From the NCBI GenBank assembly GCA_004431415.1, contig QPMI01000071.1, positions 186,001-250,000 on the forward strand: a stretch of DNA of 64,000 bases, read 5' to 3'. The position numbers and the translations under genes were made by a program. The notes below the pieces were generated by a model that made no database searches, was not told where the DNA came from, and saw only the letters and a program-made list of their open reading frames with translations. Positions within the stretch are counted from its first letter, which is position 1. Every line of letters starts with the position of its first letter. Source of the DNA: Cyanophora paradoxa CCMP329 (lineage: Eukaryota > Plantae > Glaucophyta). This document shows, piece after piece, positions 45,132-60,100 of the stretch.

Positions 45132-48100
45132 CTAAAGCGGTCGGTCGAGGCAGATGCCGACGAGCTCGAGGCGCGCCATGTCCCAAATGGCGTCCTCCAG
45201 CGCGTCCCGCAGCTCCCTGCGCCCCCCCGAGGGCCTCAGACCCCAAATCGAAGCGCGAAGAACGATAAGACGCGAAGAACAGAGGAGCTCGCACCTGAGC
45301 CAGCGGCGGGGGCGGGCCCAGCGGGGCCCCTTGCGCGCCCCGCGGGCGGCGGACATCCAGGGGGCGACCTGCGGGGCGGGGCGGGCCGGGCCGGTCAGGG
45401 CCGTCGGGGCGCCCCTCGAAGTCGGAAGGCGAAGGGAAGGGCGGCCACCTCGTTGTCGATGATGGAGGCGAGCAGCTCGAGCTTGGCCCGCATGGCCCGC
45501 GTCGACGCCCGCTCCGCCGCGAAGCTGGCGGACTCGTGTGAGGACGCTGGATCGGAGATCTAGATCTAGACGGGCGATAGAACACAAGAAACGCACTTGG
45601 CGGGCGGGATGCTGGCGATGACGCCGAGGAGCCGGGGCAGGACGGCGTGCAGGTGGCGCGACCTCGCGCGCTCGCTCGGGCTCACAGCGACGATGTTCTA
45701 CTCGCAGAACAAGTTTCAGATTTCGCACGAAAGGTTTATAATTGTTTTCGAGCATCGACATCGCACCGTCAGGGTGCTGAGAATGGAGGCGACGAGCTTG
45801 CGGCGCCCCTCGCGCTCGGAGATGGCCAAGAGATCCATCAGCGGGCCCAGCTCGTAGCTGCGGCAAATAGGTTTGAGAAAGAATGAAACATCTCTAAACA
45901 TGTTGTGAAAGAGTCGCACTTGCAGACTTCCTCGTAGATCGGAACCGTTTGGCGGTAGAGGTTCAGAGCGACGCCCCTGCGATTACGCGCGCCCAGTGAG
46001 CAAAAGAATGTTCTTACATTTGGGTCTCTTGCGCATGGCATGCGCAGGAACACACCCGTCCTTCTCCTGGTCGTACGCGGCGAGCCCGTGGCACAGCAGC
46101 GCGAGCGCCCGCGCCGCCTCGCACGCCGTGCGCTTGTTCTGCTGCAGGGTCTGCGTAGCGCGTGACGCCGTCAGCCATGGCCATGGCCGCCGATTGCTGC
46201 ACAGTGATCGAGCTCGAGGCACGCACGACCGCCGGAATGCCGCGGAAGAGCTTGAGCGCATCGGAGAGGCGGGCTGCGTCGGCCTGCAGCATCGCGTCCG
46301 GCACGGTGCCTCCCTCCGGCAAGATCGACCTGCGCCGCGCGCTGAGCTAAGAAAGAGCCCCGCGGATACCGAAGACGGGAGCCCGGCACCTCGAGAGGAG
46401 CTTGAGCTCGTTGGTGCAGTTGCGCAGCTCGATCCTCGCCGCCTCGTCGCCCTCGCGCGGGGCGTCGTCCGTCAGCTCGATGTAGTCCTTCTCGTACACG
46501 AAGGGCAGCCGGATCGTTTCGTCGTTGCGTGATGCCGCCCACGCCTCGCCGCCGTCGCCGCGCGAGTCCGCCCGCGAGGTCCGCACGACGCGGCTCTCCC
46601 GAAGCGCCTTCTCCCGCTTCCGTGCGTTTTTGATGAAGGTCGCATACGTTTGCCCGCACGCTGCGTCATGAAAACGTCGGACGGCAAGTAAATAAATTAA
46701 TAGTAAGAGGCAAATGCGCACTTGCGACAGGGGCCGGGGTGACGCCGCCGTCCGCCTTCGAACTCGACGCCCGTGACTTCGAATTCCTGCCGTGATCGCC
46801 GTCCTCGTCCTCTGTCTTGGAGGCCCTGCCCGATCCAACCGCCTGTCGAGGCGGGGCGGTCGCCGGCTCCAGAACTGCTTCGGATGTGAGAAGACAGTTC
46901 AAGAGAGTTGCCGGCGTCGGCGGATTCGAACGGGCCTTCGAGGTCGGGATCGTCGATCGCGAAGACGGCCTCCTCACGCACGTCGTCGGCGTCGAAGGCG
47001 CTGTCGTCCGAGTCGGACGCCTCTGCCGCGTCGAAGCGCTTCAGGTTTGCGGCCCGCCGCTTCAGCTTCTGCAGGACGCGCTTCGCCCGCTTCGCCGTCT
47101 GTCAACGTCGACGGAAGTCGCGTCAGTTTCCATGTCTCTGTAAACGATGAAATCTAAATCCAACGACGAAACGCACTTTGGCTTCACTGTTGGCGCGCTG
47201 GATGCTGACGATGGAAGTGTTCTTGCCGGACTTGATGGCCTCGCTCTTCGCTTTTGCCGACTTCTCCAGGCGCTCGGCCGCTACCGACAGGGGCTTCTGC
47301 AAGACGCGGAGGCTCCGCACGATCATGTGCACTAGCGCCGGGTGCACCGCGAATCTGCCGCGACCGTCAGGCCGTTCAAGAGAACATGGAATAGACGATG
47401 TGAATTCGCGCACATGTCCTCGGGGAATTCGGCGAGCTCGTCGAGAAGGCCGGCGAGGCGCCCGAGGACGGTGACGGCCGCGCTGCCCGCGTTGGTCGTC
47501 GCGAGCTCCGCAAAGTCATCCACCGCCCCTTCCTCGACTTCGACGTCGACGGCGCCGGAGATATCGACGTCGGCCTGCTTTTCATGGTTACTACGAAGCT
47601 TTCGGTGGAAGGGTAGCTGCAACTTTCCCCTTCAGAATCTCCTCGAGAATCTCAGAATATCTATAGGTTTGGACAGATATCTATCTCAGAATATCCAGAA
47701 TGTAATATATCGCCGCTTTACTCCAAAGCTTATGGTGGAAGGGAGGCATTAGATTTCACCTTGAGGATCTCCTCGAGGCCGTCGATGCCGAGGAGGCGAT
47801 CCTCCTCCAGCTCCCTCAGCTCCAGCGCGACCTGTCCGGCGCCTCAGCTCAGCGAGCGGCGCGCGGCGTCGGCAGTGGGCGCGCCTCGCGGAGGTCGTCG
47901 AGGAGCGGGTCGTCGACGGCCTCCGCCACGCGGTCCTCCAGCGGGTCGTCCCACACGCGCTGTGTGACCCGAGCACCCTGCGTGGCGTTGATCGCATCGG
48001 AATCTAACGTAAATTTCCCGCATTTCGCGCACCATCCACTTCTTCAAACGGTAGAACGGCGAGAGCAGCGTCGCAATCAGCGGCGGCAGCTGCAAGCCGG

Positions 48101-51100
48101 AGCCGTACGAGTCCTGCCGCGCGTGGGCGCTGGTGACCAGCTGCGACGGCGTCGGAAGGTAACCGCTCGCGATCCAGCGCAGCTTTGGGGCCTTCTTGAC
48201 GCGGTGGCCCGCGCTGTACACGGTCCCGCCCAGCTGTCTCGTCACGGCGTGCTGCATAGGCCATCAATAAAGATGCGAAGTGTTGCAAACGTTATCGAAC
48301 CTGGAGCCGCATGAACTCTCGCATGTTCTCGAGCAGAGATTTGATCTCGTCGACTTCGACTTCCCGTGTTTCCGCACACTCATCCGAAGGGGGCACGAAG
48401 AGCTGGCCACGCTCCTGTGGGCGAAACAGCGTGGTCAGCAAGTTGGAATGCTAGATACTTGCAGGAGGTTGCTCAGGTTGGACCATTAGAATCCGGTGCG
48501 CGACGAAGCTGACGTCGTCGTTGAACAAATAGCCCGACTCCGCTTTGCCCCTGCCGTACAAGTTAGGCCCGCAAAGCTAGCCCAATCGAAGAGATGGATG
48601 CTCACTTGGCGATGTAGATGCGGGCCTTGCGGGCCGTGCGGGCGCAGTACGTGTAGAGCAGGTTTCGCTGCCGCTCGGCGCCAGCGTGGCCCTTCCGGGC
48701 GCGGCGCTGCAGGCCGTCGAACCAGCTGTCGATCTTCTCGATCGTCTTCGAGTCGAGCTGGAAGTCTCCAATCTGCAAAGCGGGTTTCACGCGGTGGCAG
48801 AGCAAGGTTGACAGCAGCTGGGCGAACCCGCATCTGGAGCTTGCGCCGCGCCTTCCGCGCCCGGCCGTACCGCAGGGTGTTCAGCGTGATGTACAATATC
48901 TGCGTGAGCGGATTGGCTTGAAAACCCAAAAAGAAACGAAGCCGGAATGTGCAGACCATCCCGCCAAAGACGGAAAGCAACGCCAGCAGTAGAATCTGGG
49001 GACGTCGAGCGTTTGCGAAGAACATCGCCAAATGGTTCCACACGCGCACCTGAACGACGACGATGACCTCATCCGTCACATCAGCATTCAGGAAAACCAG
49101 CCCGCCGAACAGCACGAACTGCGCGGAAGCGTCAACAACAAAACCAAAGAGCTAACGTCAAACCAAAGCTCGCAAATCCGCTGACCATCGTGCACATCAG
49201 AGAGAGGCTCTCGAGGCGGTTGATGCGCGGGATGGTGTAGGGCTTCACGCTGATTTGGACCAGCGTGGCGGCGAACAGGATCACGAACGCGACGATAGAC
49301 TGTGCGGTCCGTTGTAATCAGAATCGAAAATCTCGAAGTGGGTTCAGCAATGTGATTCGACACACCTGAAGCACAGGCCGGTTGATGAGGAACAGGTTAT
49401 TAATGATGATGGCGAGCTTGCTGATCACGGATGCACACATCAGCCAATTGATACAGAATAGAATCGCAGGTGCTCGCACCGCATAAGAATGACCACCTCC
49501 CACCTGCGAAAGCATGCGGTCAGCGACGCCATTCTAGGCTGCAGTCTTTCAAAACAGCTGCAGAGAGCCTCACCAAGGATACTTCGGGCGATACTGCAGC
49601 ACAAGGAAGCCGCAGACGTCCTTGAACTGCTGGTCTCGGACCTGCGGGACATTTAGATGGAAAATCAAGCAGCCAGGTGCTGGAGTTTACCTTGTTTGTC
49701 CTCAACCCGTAGAAAGCGAGGGCAAGGAGGGCGACTGGGATGCCAATCGTGTAAAGGAGCACGCCGGCGATTCCGGCGCCAATCATCTTGCCCCACGTCC
49801 CGTCCTTGTCGCACTCGATGGATGGCTCGCTCGCCAGGTAGAAGCGCCCGTCCGTGTTGCTGCGAAATAAAGTTAGATTGGATGGCAACGCTTAGATGTG
49901 TCAAGATGGAAGGTCGCACGGTATGCAGGCGAAGGTGCTGAGCGCGTACTGCCCGAGCAGCACGTAAGCCATCGACGCGCCGAGGAGCAGCGCGTGAACG
50001 TAGAGGATGGCGAGCTCCTTCGCCGTCCGGTTGCGCCGCTTCCGCTCGTCGTCCTCCTCCAGGTCGACCTCCTCGTACATGCGCTGCAGCCGGAGCCGCT
50101 TGCGCATCCGCCGCGTCTTCGCCAACACCTCCGGCGCCAGCACGTCCTTGCTCTCCTTGTGGAGGCTGTACGTGAAGAGCCAGAGCGCGAGCCGCTGCAG
50201 CTGGGCGAGGAAGCTCCGCCCGGCGCGCGCCATCGACGTCCACGCCCGCTGGCCGGCTCGCTTGATGGTCGACGGCGCCAAAGCGTGCTTCACCTCCCAC
50301 CAAAGGAGGACGACCGTCTTAGTCGAGCGATGCTTTTTGGCATCCTGCGTTTCGGCTGGAGCACCGTACGCGTCGACGTTCATGTGATCGGTGAGCCGGT
50401 CGCCGTCGGCAGATTCCGAGTCGTCGGCGATGGACGATCGCTCGAGGCGCGAGGAGCGATCGCTGTACCCGCTGATCGACATGCGGTCGTCGTTGTCCGT
50501 CTGCAGCCTACGGCGCCCACTCGCCACCTCTTTCCTTTTCAGGAACATTTTGAACTTGCGCCCCAGCGGCGACCACGCGACGGCCAGGACCCACACGAAG
50601 ATCCCGAACAGAGTGAGCGCGAGGGGAAGAGTGAGAGTCACGAGCCACTTGATGAGGAACGAGTTTCCTCGCACTGCCCAATCGAGTGGAGAGCGTCAGC
50701 GCCTGCGCGTGAAACCACGCGCTTCTAAAACGCACCTGAGCACTCCGGGCGAAGCCACTCGATGTTCAGATTGAAGACCGAGAGCGCATTGATGATGGTC
50801 TGTTTGAGAGGTTGTCGTGAGCAGAAACGGTTTCGCAGATTTATGGGATATATTACCATGAAGATAGGCGGCCACTTGAGACGCATTCGCGAAAACACTG
50901 CGAAACAATCATATAGCAGCTAACGCGAACAATAAAGTAGAGGCGGCCTATGCTCCTATGCTGAAGCGCACCCGTCAGGACCTGAACCATGTTGATCGAG
51001 ACACGGACGAGCTGCCCAATGTCGTTGATTCGCCTCTGGCTGACGCTGGCGAACAACACGCCAATGACAAAGAGGGCGATGAACAGAATGATGCAGAGGA

Positions 51101-54100
51101 TGACGAAAGAGGCGCTGATTCCGTCTGCCAACACGCATTAGTCATCGCCGACCTTTTCTAAGCAGGGAACTGTGTAGACGAACCGGGGCATCGGTAACAG
51201 AACGCGCCGAGCCGGTAGTAGACCACGGCATCCGAGCGAAGGCAGCTGGAGCAGCGGGGACCTCTGCGAGCGCCAATCGTATCAGCGTGGTCCGCGCTCT
51301 TTACAATGAGAGCAGCGGCGCACGCGTAGCCTTCCGTGCAGCTGTCGATGCCACCCGGACAGGCTTCAGGCCTGCTCAAAGTCAGGCGCGTGATCGAAGC
51401 ATGCAAGCGCGGTGCTAGAGTTCGCACGGTTCGCAGGAGTACGCGATTGTGGGGTTTGCCGAGGAGATATAGTACCCCGCGGCGGCCTCGGGTAGGGTCA
51501 TGTTGTAGCGGGTGCAACGGGAGCCCTCCTGCGATTCGGGTCAACGAAACCTCTGCGACGGACCAAAGCATAAGAAGCATCAGACCCTCGGGCACGCGTC
51601 GCAGGGCCGGCCGTCGAAGGCGAAACCGTAGTAGCCCGGGTTGCAGACACAGTAAGACAGCAGCGAGACGCCTTCAACCTTGTTCGTCCCGGCGTTTGCG
51701 GGGCAGTCTATGCAATCGGGTCTACCGATGAACGGCTGATAGAAGTCCGCGGGGCAGAGTGCTGCACAGAGAGCCATTAGCGGAAAGGTTTATGAGATGG
51801 GGTGCAGGCAAACGCGACGCACTGCATAGAGGCGCGCGGCCTCCTGCCGAGAAAGAGCCTTGGCTGCAAGGGTTGCACGGCACATCGAATGTAATGGCAT
51901 AGTACCCGGGCGGGCAGCCCTCGATCGTGAAGTTGTTGTACGCCCCTTCGAGGAAAGTGACGCCATCATACCCCAGCACGAGCGGGATTGTGAAAGGCTC
52001 CGTCGGTTCCGTTGGCGGCGTCCGGCACCGTGCGCGCGTCAACGAGAAGACGTCCGCTAAGACGGGACTGTTGGCAATGCCAAAGAAGCACTGCAGCCCG
52101 CGGTCGGCGCTGAGGAACTCGCCGACTATGTCCACGTCGACCCCACCGATCGCCGGGCTCCGGCTGGGGAAAGCGGACAGGATCCGTGGCGGCACGACGT
52201 CGACAAGGACGAGCGCCTCCGGCGTTTCCGGGTCGTCGAGCTGATACCGCGAGTTGTACGCCCGCACAGCGACGGTGTACTTGCCCGGCAGAGCGGCCTC
52301 CCACGGCGCGACGGCGCTGTCAAACGTCTGCTCTGGCGATTGGGTGTCCGATTCTAGAATGCGGTAGCGGAACCGAACGTTGCTGCCCGCCTCCACGAAC
52401 GCCGTCAGGTTGCACGGCGTCTTGAAGGCAACAGCGTTGCCCTGGCCGCACGTCGCGAGCCGCAAGCCATAGATCGCCTGCTCGACCAGCACGGTGCAGT
52501 TCCGCTCCTCGGCAGAGACCTCGTTGCTGGCCCGCCCGACAACGACGTACGTGCCAGGCTGGTTGTACCTGAATTGCGAGCTCGACCTGCTTCGCAGAGA
52601 TCTGCTCTCGTCTCCAAGCAGCCTGTGCAGTCGTGAGAAGAGCTTAAAGAATGCGCGAAGAACGAAGCACTGAACGCGAGATCACGCACCAGGTGAAAGT
52701 GGGAGCGGACCCCGCGGAGATTGCGGCAGACAGCGTCAACCACTCGGACTGCCCTTCACGCAATCCCAGAACCGCGTCGAGAGATGGGTCGCGCTTTGTG
52801 GGAGTCTTTGCACTCGAGCAAACCGTGCGCAATCCTTGGACGACGATGCCTGCGAGTGATTGCTTCAGATCTACAAAACAGTAACTCGACTGTCAACTGG
52901 CGCACGTGCAGTGATTGTGGACGTGTCCTGAAATCCAGCTGCGGGCACGGTGATGGTGATCGAAAAATTACCGGCAAAGCTTGGGATGAGCTGATGTACG
53001 GTCAGTGGAAGTCTTCTAACAAGAGCAACGCAAAGCAGATTATATTGAAAAAGCGTGTACCTGGAATTCGAAAGCATCGCTGACGCCCGGAGCTAGCGTG
53101 ATCACGCTCGTTGCAGCACCGAGAAGCCGCCTCCCATCGACGGATGCGGAATCTCCGAAGTTCACCGCAACGCGAAGAGAGCCGTGCCGGCTCCAGACGC
53201 CGCTGCCCGCCTTCTCTGGACGCGCTTTGCACGCGAGCGACCTGTTGACAGCGGCAAACGCCCCGAACGCGCAGGTGACATTCGCTGCATCGGGGTCCAG
53301 GTACGCGTAGACGATAAACTGCACAGCCGTTGCATTGACGCCGCTATCCCCGGCCAGAGGCGCAGAAATCGTACAGGGCCCGCTCTTCCCGGGCAGAACG
53401 GCTCGGAAAGCGAATTCCTTGGACGGCGCGCTGCTGATGAGAGACAGGTCCAGCGACTCCACAGCTTCGCCGCCGGCGGCAATCGCGACGCGCTCCGGCG
53501 CGGAAACTCGCAGAGAAGTGAAGACGCTTGGAAGCGCGTGGATCGATTCGCCCTTCAGGCGGGGGCGGAGCCAGCAGTCGATAGGTTCGGTGCCCGCCTC
53601 CACAATCGATGCGGAGCAGTTCAAGAATGACGTCCGAGCGTCCGGCTCGTCTAATTTAGAAAGCGCATCAGCAGCCGTTCGAAATTTAATTCGTTGGACA
53701 ATGCAGAGCCTCTCACCGTAAAGGAATACGCCGCAGGTGAACAGTGGCTCGGAGACGCCGGGCAGAAGAACCGAGACGTTGACCCGTCCCGTTGCGGTGC
53801 GATTGAAGAAGGCGCGGATGAGCAGACTGGACGCGGGGAGCTCGACCGTGCTGGGGGCGACGATCTCGCCGGTGGCGAGAGGCGCGCCTCCGAAAGTCGG
53901 ACCGAGGAAAGCCCTGGCTCAACATTAGATGAATCCTTAAAACGAATCTGCAATGGACTCGAGCGCACCAGGGCACAGTCGGAATGCTCACGCCCTCGTA
54001 TTGAGGAAGCAGCTCGATCTCTAACGGCGTCCTGCGGAATACCGGCGCGTCCGGGGACGGGCAGATGACCAGCGACGTGCCGTCCGGCTCGGACACGACC

Positions 54101-57100
54101 TGTACCTCAGCAGCTGTCTCAAGGGTACCACCGCTCACTACCATCGACACAGAAACCCGCCCCATGCCAGCAGACGGCCCTCCAGTCACTCGGAACGGGA
54201 AGTCTGGGACGGGATCGTTTGTAGCGAGAAGGTAGCCAGTGGCGTTGCCCAGGGCCCCCGACGTCTGAGGCCGCTGCAGATTCGTCGGAGGAGCAGCGAC
54301 GGGCTCTCCCCTCAGACGCGGCGAGAATGTACAGTCGATGTCGCGGTTCGCAACGACGAACGGAGACGCGCACACAAGCTTCGAGGTCTGCGCACGAATA
54401 TTAAGATCAGGCGCTCACACAGAGAAGAGATGGATGTATAGCAAAACGCACGCTGTCTCCATAGCCAACGACGGATATAAGTTGGGTCATCGAGTCGCTC
54501 GCGTCAAGCCGTTTGGAGTCAGCCTTCAACTTGATGGCGACGCTTGCGGGCGCCGAGTCCACAGACGCGACTTCGCCGGTCGTTATGGTGATGTCGAACA
54601 GCTTCGCGACGCTGGGTCCAGCAACATTGGTGGTTCGCACGATCAGCGCGATATTCAACGGGTTCTTGACGACTGGATCAGGCTGGAAGTCGGCGATGTT
54701 CACTGTGCACCCTCCAGTATTAGCAAGACCGACGAGCCAGTTCTTCTACATTTGCTACATTCAAGGCGCGTACCCAGTACAACTTCGCCTTCGGATCGCG
54801 GGACGATGGTGCACTGTTGAGAAGACGATGCCGTCATGACTTTGATCGCACACGTCAAAGACGACCCTCGATCTGGAAATACGATGAGCTCGAGTGCAAT
54901 TGGGAATGGAAACCAGAGAGCTTCTCACCCGGCGAAGCGACTACAGCAAGATGGAAAATCGCCGCCCGCCCTCCCGATGCGAGTGACGCGCGGACCCCAA
55001 CCAAACCGGTCGTGATCGGAAGAGACTTCGCCTCCGTAGTTTGCACTGCCAATCGCGTGAGAGAACGTTACGTGAAGCATAATAAATAGGGCGTACGAGT
55101 GACCGTGAATGAACTGCATAGGCCTAGACCCAAGGGGTCATCGCCGCGGCTGATGTTAGAGACCGTCACGAACGAGCGCTCTCCGAGTTCGATCGCGGGG
55201 TTCGCCTCCAGGTCGACGAAGTGCGACGGCGTCACCTCCAGCGCGGAGCAGTTGGCCAGGACCGCCTCTCCATTCGATCTCGGGAAGACCGTGGCATCGA
55301 ACGCGCTGCCGCGCCGAATGACCATGTACGAAGTGGCGTTGACGGTCGCGAAAGTAAACGCTGTGGCGTTGACGACGAAAGAAGACGTTGCGTCCGGCTC
55401 TTCGTAGACGGTTGTGTTGACCGAAAGCTCGCCGTTGCCCGCTGGCAGCACGAGCTTTGAAGCGAGTCGGCCGGTGGCCGGCCCTGCTGGCCGCGCCACC
55501 ACGAACACGTTCACGTACGAATCTGCCAAACCGAGAGGCTGGATCGAAGAGCCCGCAGTCTCTAAGGACGATTCGGATAATCTTGCAAATACTGGGCTTC
55601 CGCTCCTGCATTTGAATAAGAGCTCCTGTCAGATACGAACGGGCCAGCTACGATAGCAGAATGCACGAATTCTTGAACACTGACCTTCGAAAAGCGATGG
55701 AGCAGTTTTGCTTCTCGGAGCGCCGAATGACCGTCGGCAAACACGCCATTGTAGAAGACGCGTCGGGTACATCGTAGATCGCGTAAGGCTTCGACGCTAC
55801 AACGGATCCCGCGGTGCTGATCACCTGGATCGCAAACACTCCCGTCTGGGAACCCGCGGCGATCGCAAAGCCGAACTGGGTCGCCAGGCCGCGCGCAAAG
55901 CCCGAGAGGAGGGTGCCGCCGGTCAGCGAGACGGAGAGGAAGAACTCGTCCGCCGTCATAGCCGGGCTCGAGGGCGCGCCGACCCGCCGCGGAAGGAACG
56001 TGCACGCCATCGTCGAGCTCGTGTTGACGAGCAAGCCCGACGCCGCGCACGCGACCTGAGATAAGGCTATAAAGTCAGCAAATGCGAAACCGCTCCAAAC
56101 GCAACCGCATCGCACCTGAGACGACGTGTCCGGATCCAGCGGCCCGTTGCCCGTGTACGCTGGCTGAGCTACAATCCAGCGCGGTGTCAGAATCCGCGAG
56201 AAAGGCACGAGAAGGTGACGCTATCAACTGCTGACCTGTTATAGAAATTGAGCTGCTCGAAGCGTACACGGCAGGGTCAGCGGCGCCCGCCCTGTCAAGT
56301 AGAGAGACCAGGATTGTGTAGGTGTCTGAGGGGTAGTTCGCCGGAATGGAGAACGGAGTGCTTAGACTGTAGTCTTCGTTGCCGCTCACGACGGTCCTCA
56401 CGTCGCTCGCAATGGTTACGTACACTCGTCCGCGCCGCATGAGCGCGACCGAGAACGACGCATTCACTGGCAGGCCAAGGGCGCCGCGCATGGCGAGTGT
56501 CCACCGAATGGTTATGGCGGATCCAGCTTGGAGGCCGCTCGGTGCATCGATCGCCACACTTCTGATGAAAGGCGCTGCGAGCAGGCACACGTCAGCTACG
56601 ATAGCTTTGAAAGCAGACGACAAGCTGCCAAGGACGCACTAGCGAGATGCGCGTAATTGTACGAGAACACATTGGGTTCATCCTCGGATCGGACGACGAT
56701 GTAGGCAGGAGAGGTGACGTATAGGTCCGACGCCGACCGCGGGCTGGGCACAACGAGTGCTCTCGCAGGTGGCAAAGAGGGAACGAAGCTCAGAGCAGTG
56801 GCCCCAGACTGGACTTGAACGCCGCGAGCAATGTCGGCCACTTTGCCGCCCAAGCTGTGACGGTAGAGTGCCGACAGCGGATCCAGAACGGGATCGCCGC
56901 CTCCGCTGATGTTCCACAGCTCAACGGCGACGGTGCTCAGCCGGTACGAACGGAAGGAGAGCACAGCGAGATTCGTGACTCCAGCCGCGCGCCATTCGTC
57001 GTAGATGTGGTCCGCCGTCAAAGGGAGCGGATCGACCTCGGCACCAGTGCCTACAAGCAATCGCGTTACAAATAAATTCGAACATCGGGCAACGTGAGCC

Positions 57101-60100
57101 CTGGAGCTTTCAAGAGCGTAAAGAATGCGCACCGTTTAGCGTAAAGGGCAGTCCATCAGCGAAGACGTTAGCGTCATCTGACAGGTCGGAGCTAGTCAGA
57201 TAGAAGCGGAGCCTGTAGGAGCCTTCCAGCAGGCCAGCCGGAATCGTGAAATTGAACGGCGACGATTTGTTCGAGGCAAGCAGGACAGGTTGCTGTCCCT
57301 GTCCTTGGAAACGCCTGCTCGGCAATCAGATAGGGATCGCTGTGCACGTGTGTGATGGATAAGAGTTCGAACGCACAGGTACGTGTTGACTGGGCGGGTG
57401 CGCGAGCCGAGCCCGTCGCTCTGCTCCGGGTCCGACGAGTTCCAGTAGGCCGTCCGCGACGAGTTGAGAAAGGCAACGCCGCCGTAGTTGACCGCCATAC
57501 CCACTCCGGTGTACGGAATCGAGATGTACGAAGCTGGGAACAGAGTAAGTGAGAGCTTAGCCGGCTGCGTTATCTAGCAAGTGCGCTCAGCAAACAAAGC
57601 GCACTGCGTAAACAGATCGAAGCCTCCATAAAGTGCAGATCAGGCGCCGAAGTAGATCGAACGATGATGCTGCCGTCGGTACCGAAAACGTCCACCGCGG
57701 ATCGCGGCGGCACAGCGCCGGAGAGCTCCAGCAGCCTTGTGCGGTTTGGCGCCCACTGATAGGAGCCCGCCCCAGCGGTCGCACTGATGGACGTGGCGAA
57801 AAGAATTGGTTCAGAAGTTGCCTGCGAGCTCCAGTTCCGCAGCAGCAGATCGACGGTGCCACCCGGGTTGCCGACGACCAGCCAGGACAAGGGGATCGTT
57901 TGCGCGATGTTGATGCACGATTGAGGGACGGTAACAGCATAGCCGTCGGCTGCAGAAAGAAGGATGTGAGCTTCTATATCCACCAATTACCAAATTCACG
58001 CACTTCGTATTTCGTACTCGGGCGTGTCGGCCCAGATCTGAGAGTCCTGCGTGTTCTCTTCCACCCGCAAGATTCGCAGCACGTACTTCCCGCCCTGCGG
58101 AGCAATTGGGAAAGGGTCACATCAAGAATACGGAACGAAATTTAAAATACCCAGCCAAGATCGCCCGGCACTCGGACAGTGTAGCTGTACACGCCGTCTG
58201 CGTAGGCAGCAGCGATACCAGTTGCGAGGCGCCGCGTGGTTGCGTTGGCTGCAACTCCGCCGGGAGCCGGTCTAGGGACGGCGTCGATGTTCCAGCGGAG
58301 GGACGACGGGAGCGACTCGTCGGCGTAGGACGCGTTGGAGAACCAGCACCACGAGACGGCCCAAGAGTCGTTTGCGACGAGGAACGTCACACGGCCAACC
58401 ACGCGCGGCGCGCTGCGCACTGTCTCCGCCCAGGGCGCTGCGAGGGGCGTTTCATCGAGATAGTACAGTGGGAACGATGAAACGCGGTCGCACCGCCAAG
58501 CGTGCCGTTCGCGGATCCACGCAGCGAAGACTCGTCAAGCGACACCACTGTGACGGTCACGTTGTACGGGGCGGGCGGAGGCCTGCTCAGCGGCGCGGGG
58601 AGGATCCGCGACCCCGGGCGCCACGCGACGCGCTGGACTCCGTCGCCGATGAGGGCCGAGCCGGCGGGGCCGACGGGCACCTCGGGCCCGAGCGGCCCTC
58701 CAGGCAGAGCGGCCCGAGCCGAAACGTTGACGAGCTTCGAGCCGCGCAGCCGGCCGAGCACGCGCCACTCGACTGTGATGGGGTTGAAGATGTTGAAACT
58801 CGTGTTTGGCTGCGGTCGCAAGATGGAGACAAGAATGATGCCGGCTGAAGGACGGGCGAATTAGGCTTCTAGCATGCAAAGAGCGCAGGTAAAAGAGGGC
58901 GAAAGCTCACGCTGGATGAAAAACGAAGAAGAGTTGGCGAAGATGATCGGATCACTAGAAGCTTGCGCGCTGGCGTTGTACAGCGAGACGCGGACGCTGT
59001 AAAAGTCGGTCGCGAACCCGAAGGGGACCTGCCACACATAGCGCGCTGTGGACGTGGCGTTGGGCGTGCTTGCTGCGACGTTTGAAGCGATGACGGCCAC
59101 AACAGACGAAGCGTTGCGGTCGATGAGAGCAAGCGTGAAACGGGCCTGCGTCGACGTGTCCGTGGGCGGGCGGGTGTACGACCACTGCACAGTGACGTTG
59201 AGGTTCGTGTACGCTAACGAATCTTGGTAGAGACCGCTCAGAGAGACGGACGATATCACCGGATCTGGCATCGAGGGTGCATCAAAAGGAACGCTCAAGT
59301 TGCATGCACAAGATTGAAAAGCTCACTCTCGAGAGCCAAGCGATTGGTCGTCACGGAAAGCGAGTCCGATGTTGCAGAGAGCACCAAGCGGAGGCTGGCG
59401 GGAGAGTAGAAAGCGGCCATGGCCGTCGTCGAGGTCGGGCCAGGCAAGGGTAGCACAGTGCTTGACGGGGTCCACGCAAACGATTTGGTGGCATTGCCGA
59501 GGGCGGTTGCGACGGTAACCAGCCGCTGAATTAATCCCGTCGCGTTCGCTGTCCACAGCTCGAGCTGAAGGGTTCCCGGGCTGGGGATGATGCCAAGCCA
59601 GCTCCAGGAGATCGCGACAATGCCGAAGACGTGCATGGTCGCCACTTGGGCGGAGCTCTTGCCGAGGACGGTCATGTTCAGGACAGCCGCTGCGTGGGAC
59701 GATCAGTTTAGCCGCAAAATTCGGAAAGCGCATTTGGTGCGCACGGATCACTTCAAACGCAGCGCTGTCTCGGAAGATCGCGGGGCTTACAGCTCCCGCT
59801 ACAATTTGAGAGACGCGAATGAAGTACTGGCCGCGGGGCACGGAGACGGGCACCACCCAGCTCAGACCCAGCCTTGCAGAGCGCGGCGCCGAAGTGCTGA
59901 TGTTCAGCAGCTCCACGAGCGGCGCTTCTGCCGGGGACTCGTAAAGCCGCACGTCAAACGTAGCGCTCTCGTTCAGAGCTGCGGCGGGGTCTCCTGCGGC
60001 GAACAAGTGCTCCCACCGAATGATGATGTTGTTGCCGTGCAGAATCTGCGTCGCCGTGTAGCCGTTCGATATCGACACGTTCTGCACGATCGGGTCTGGC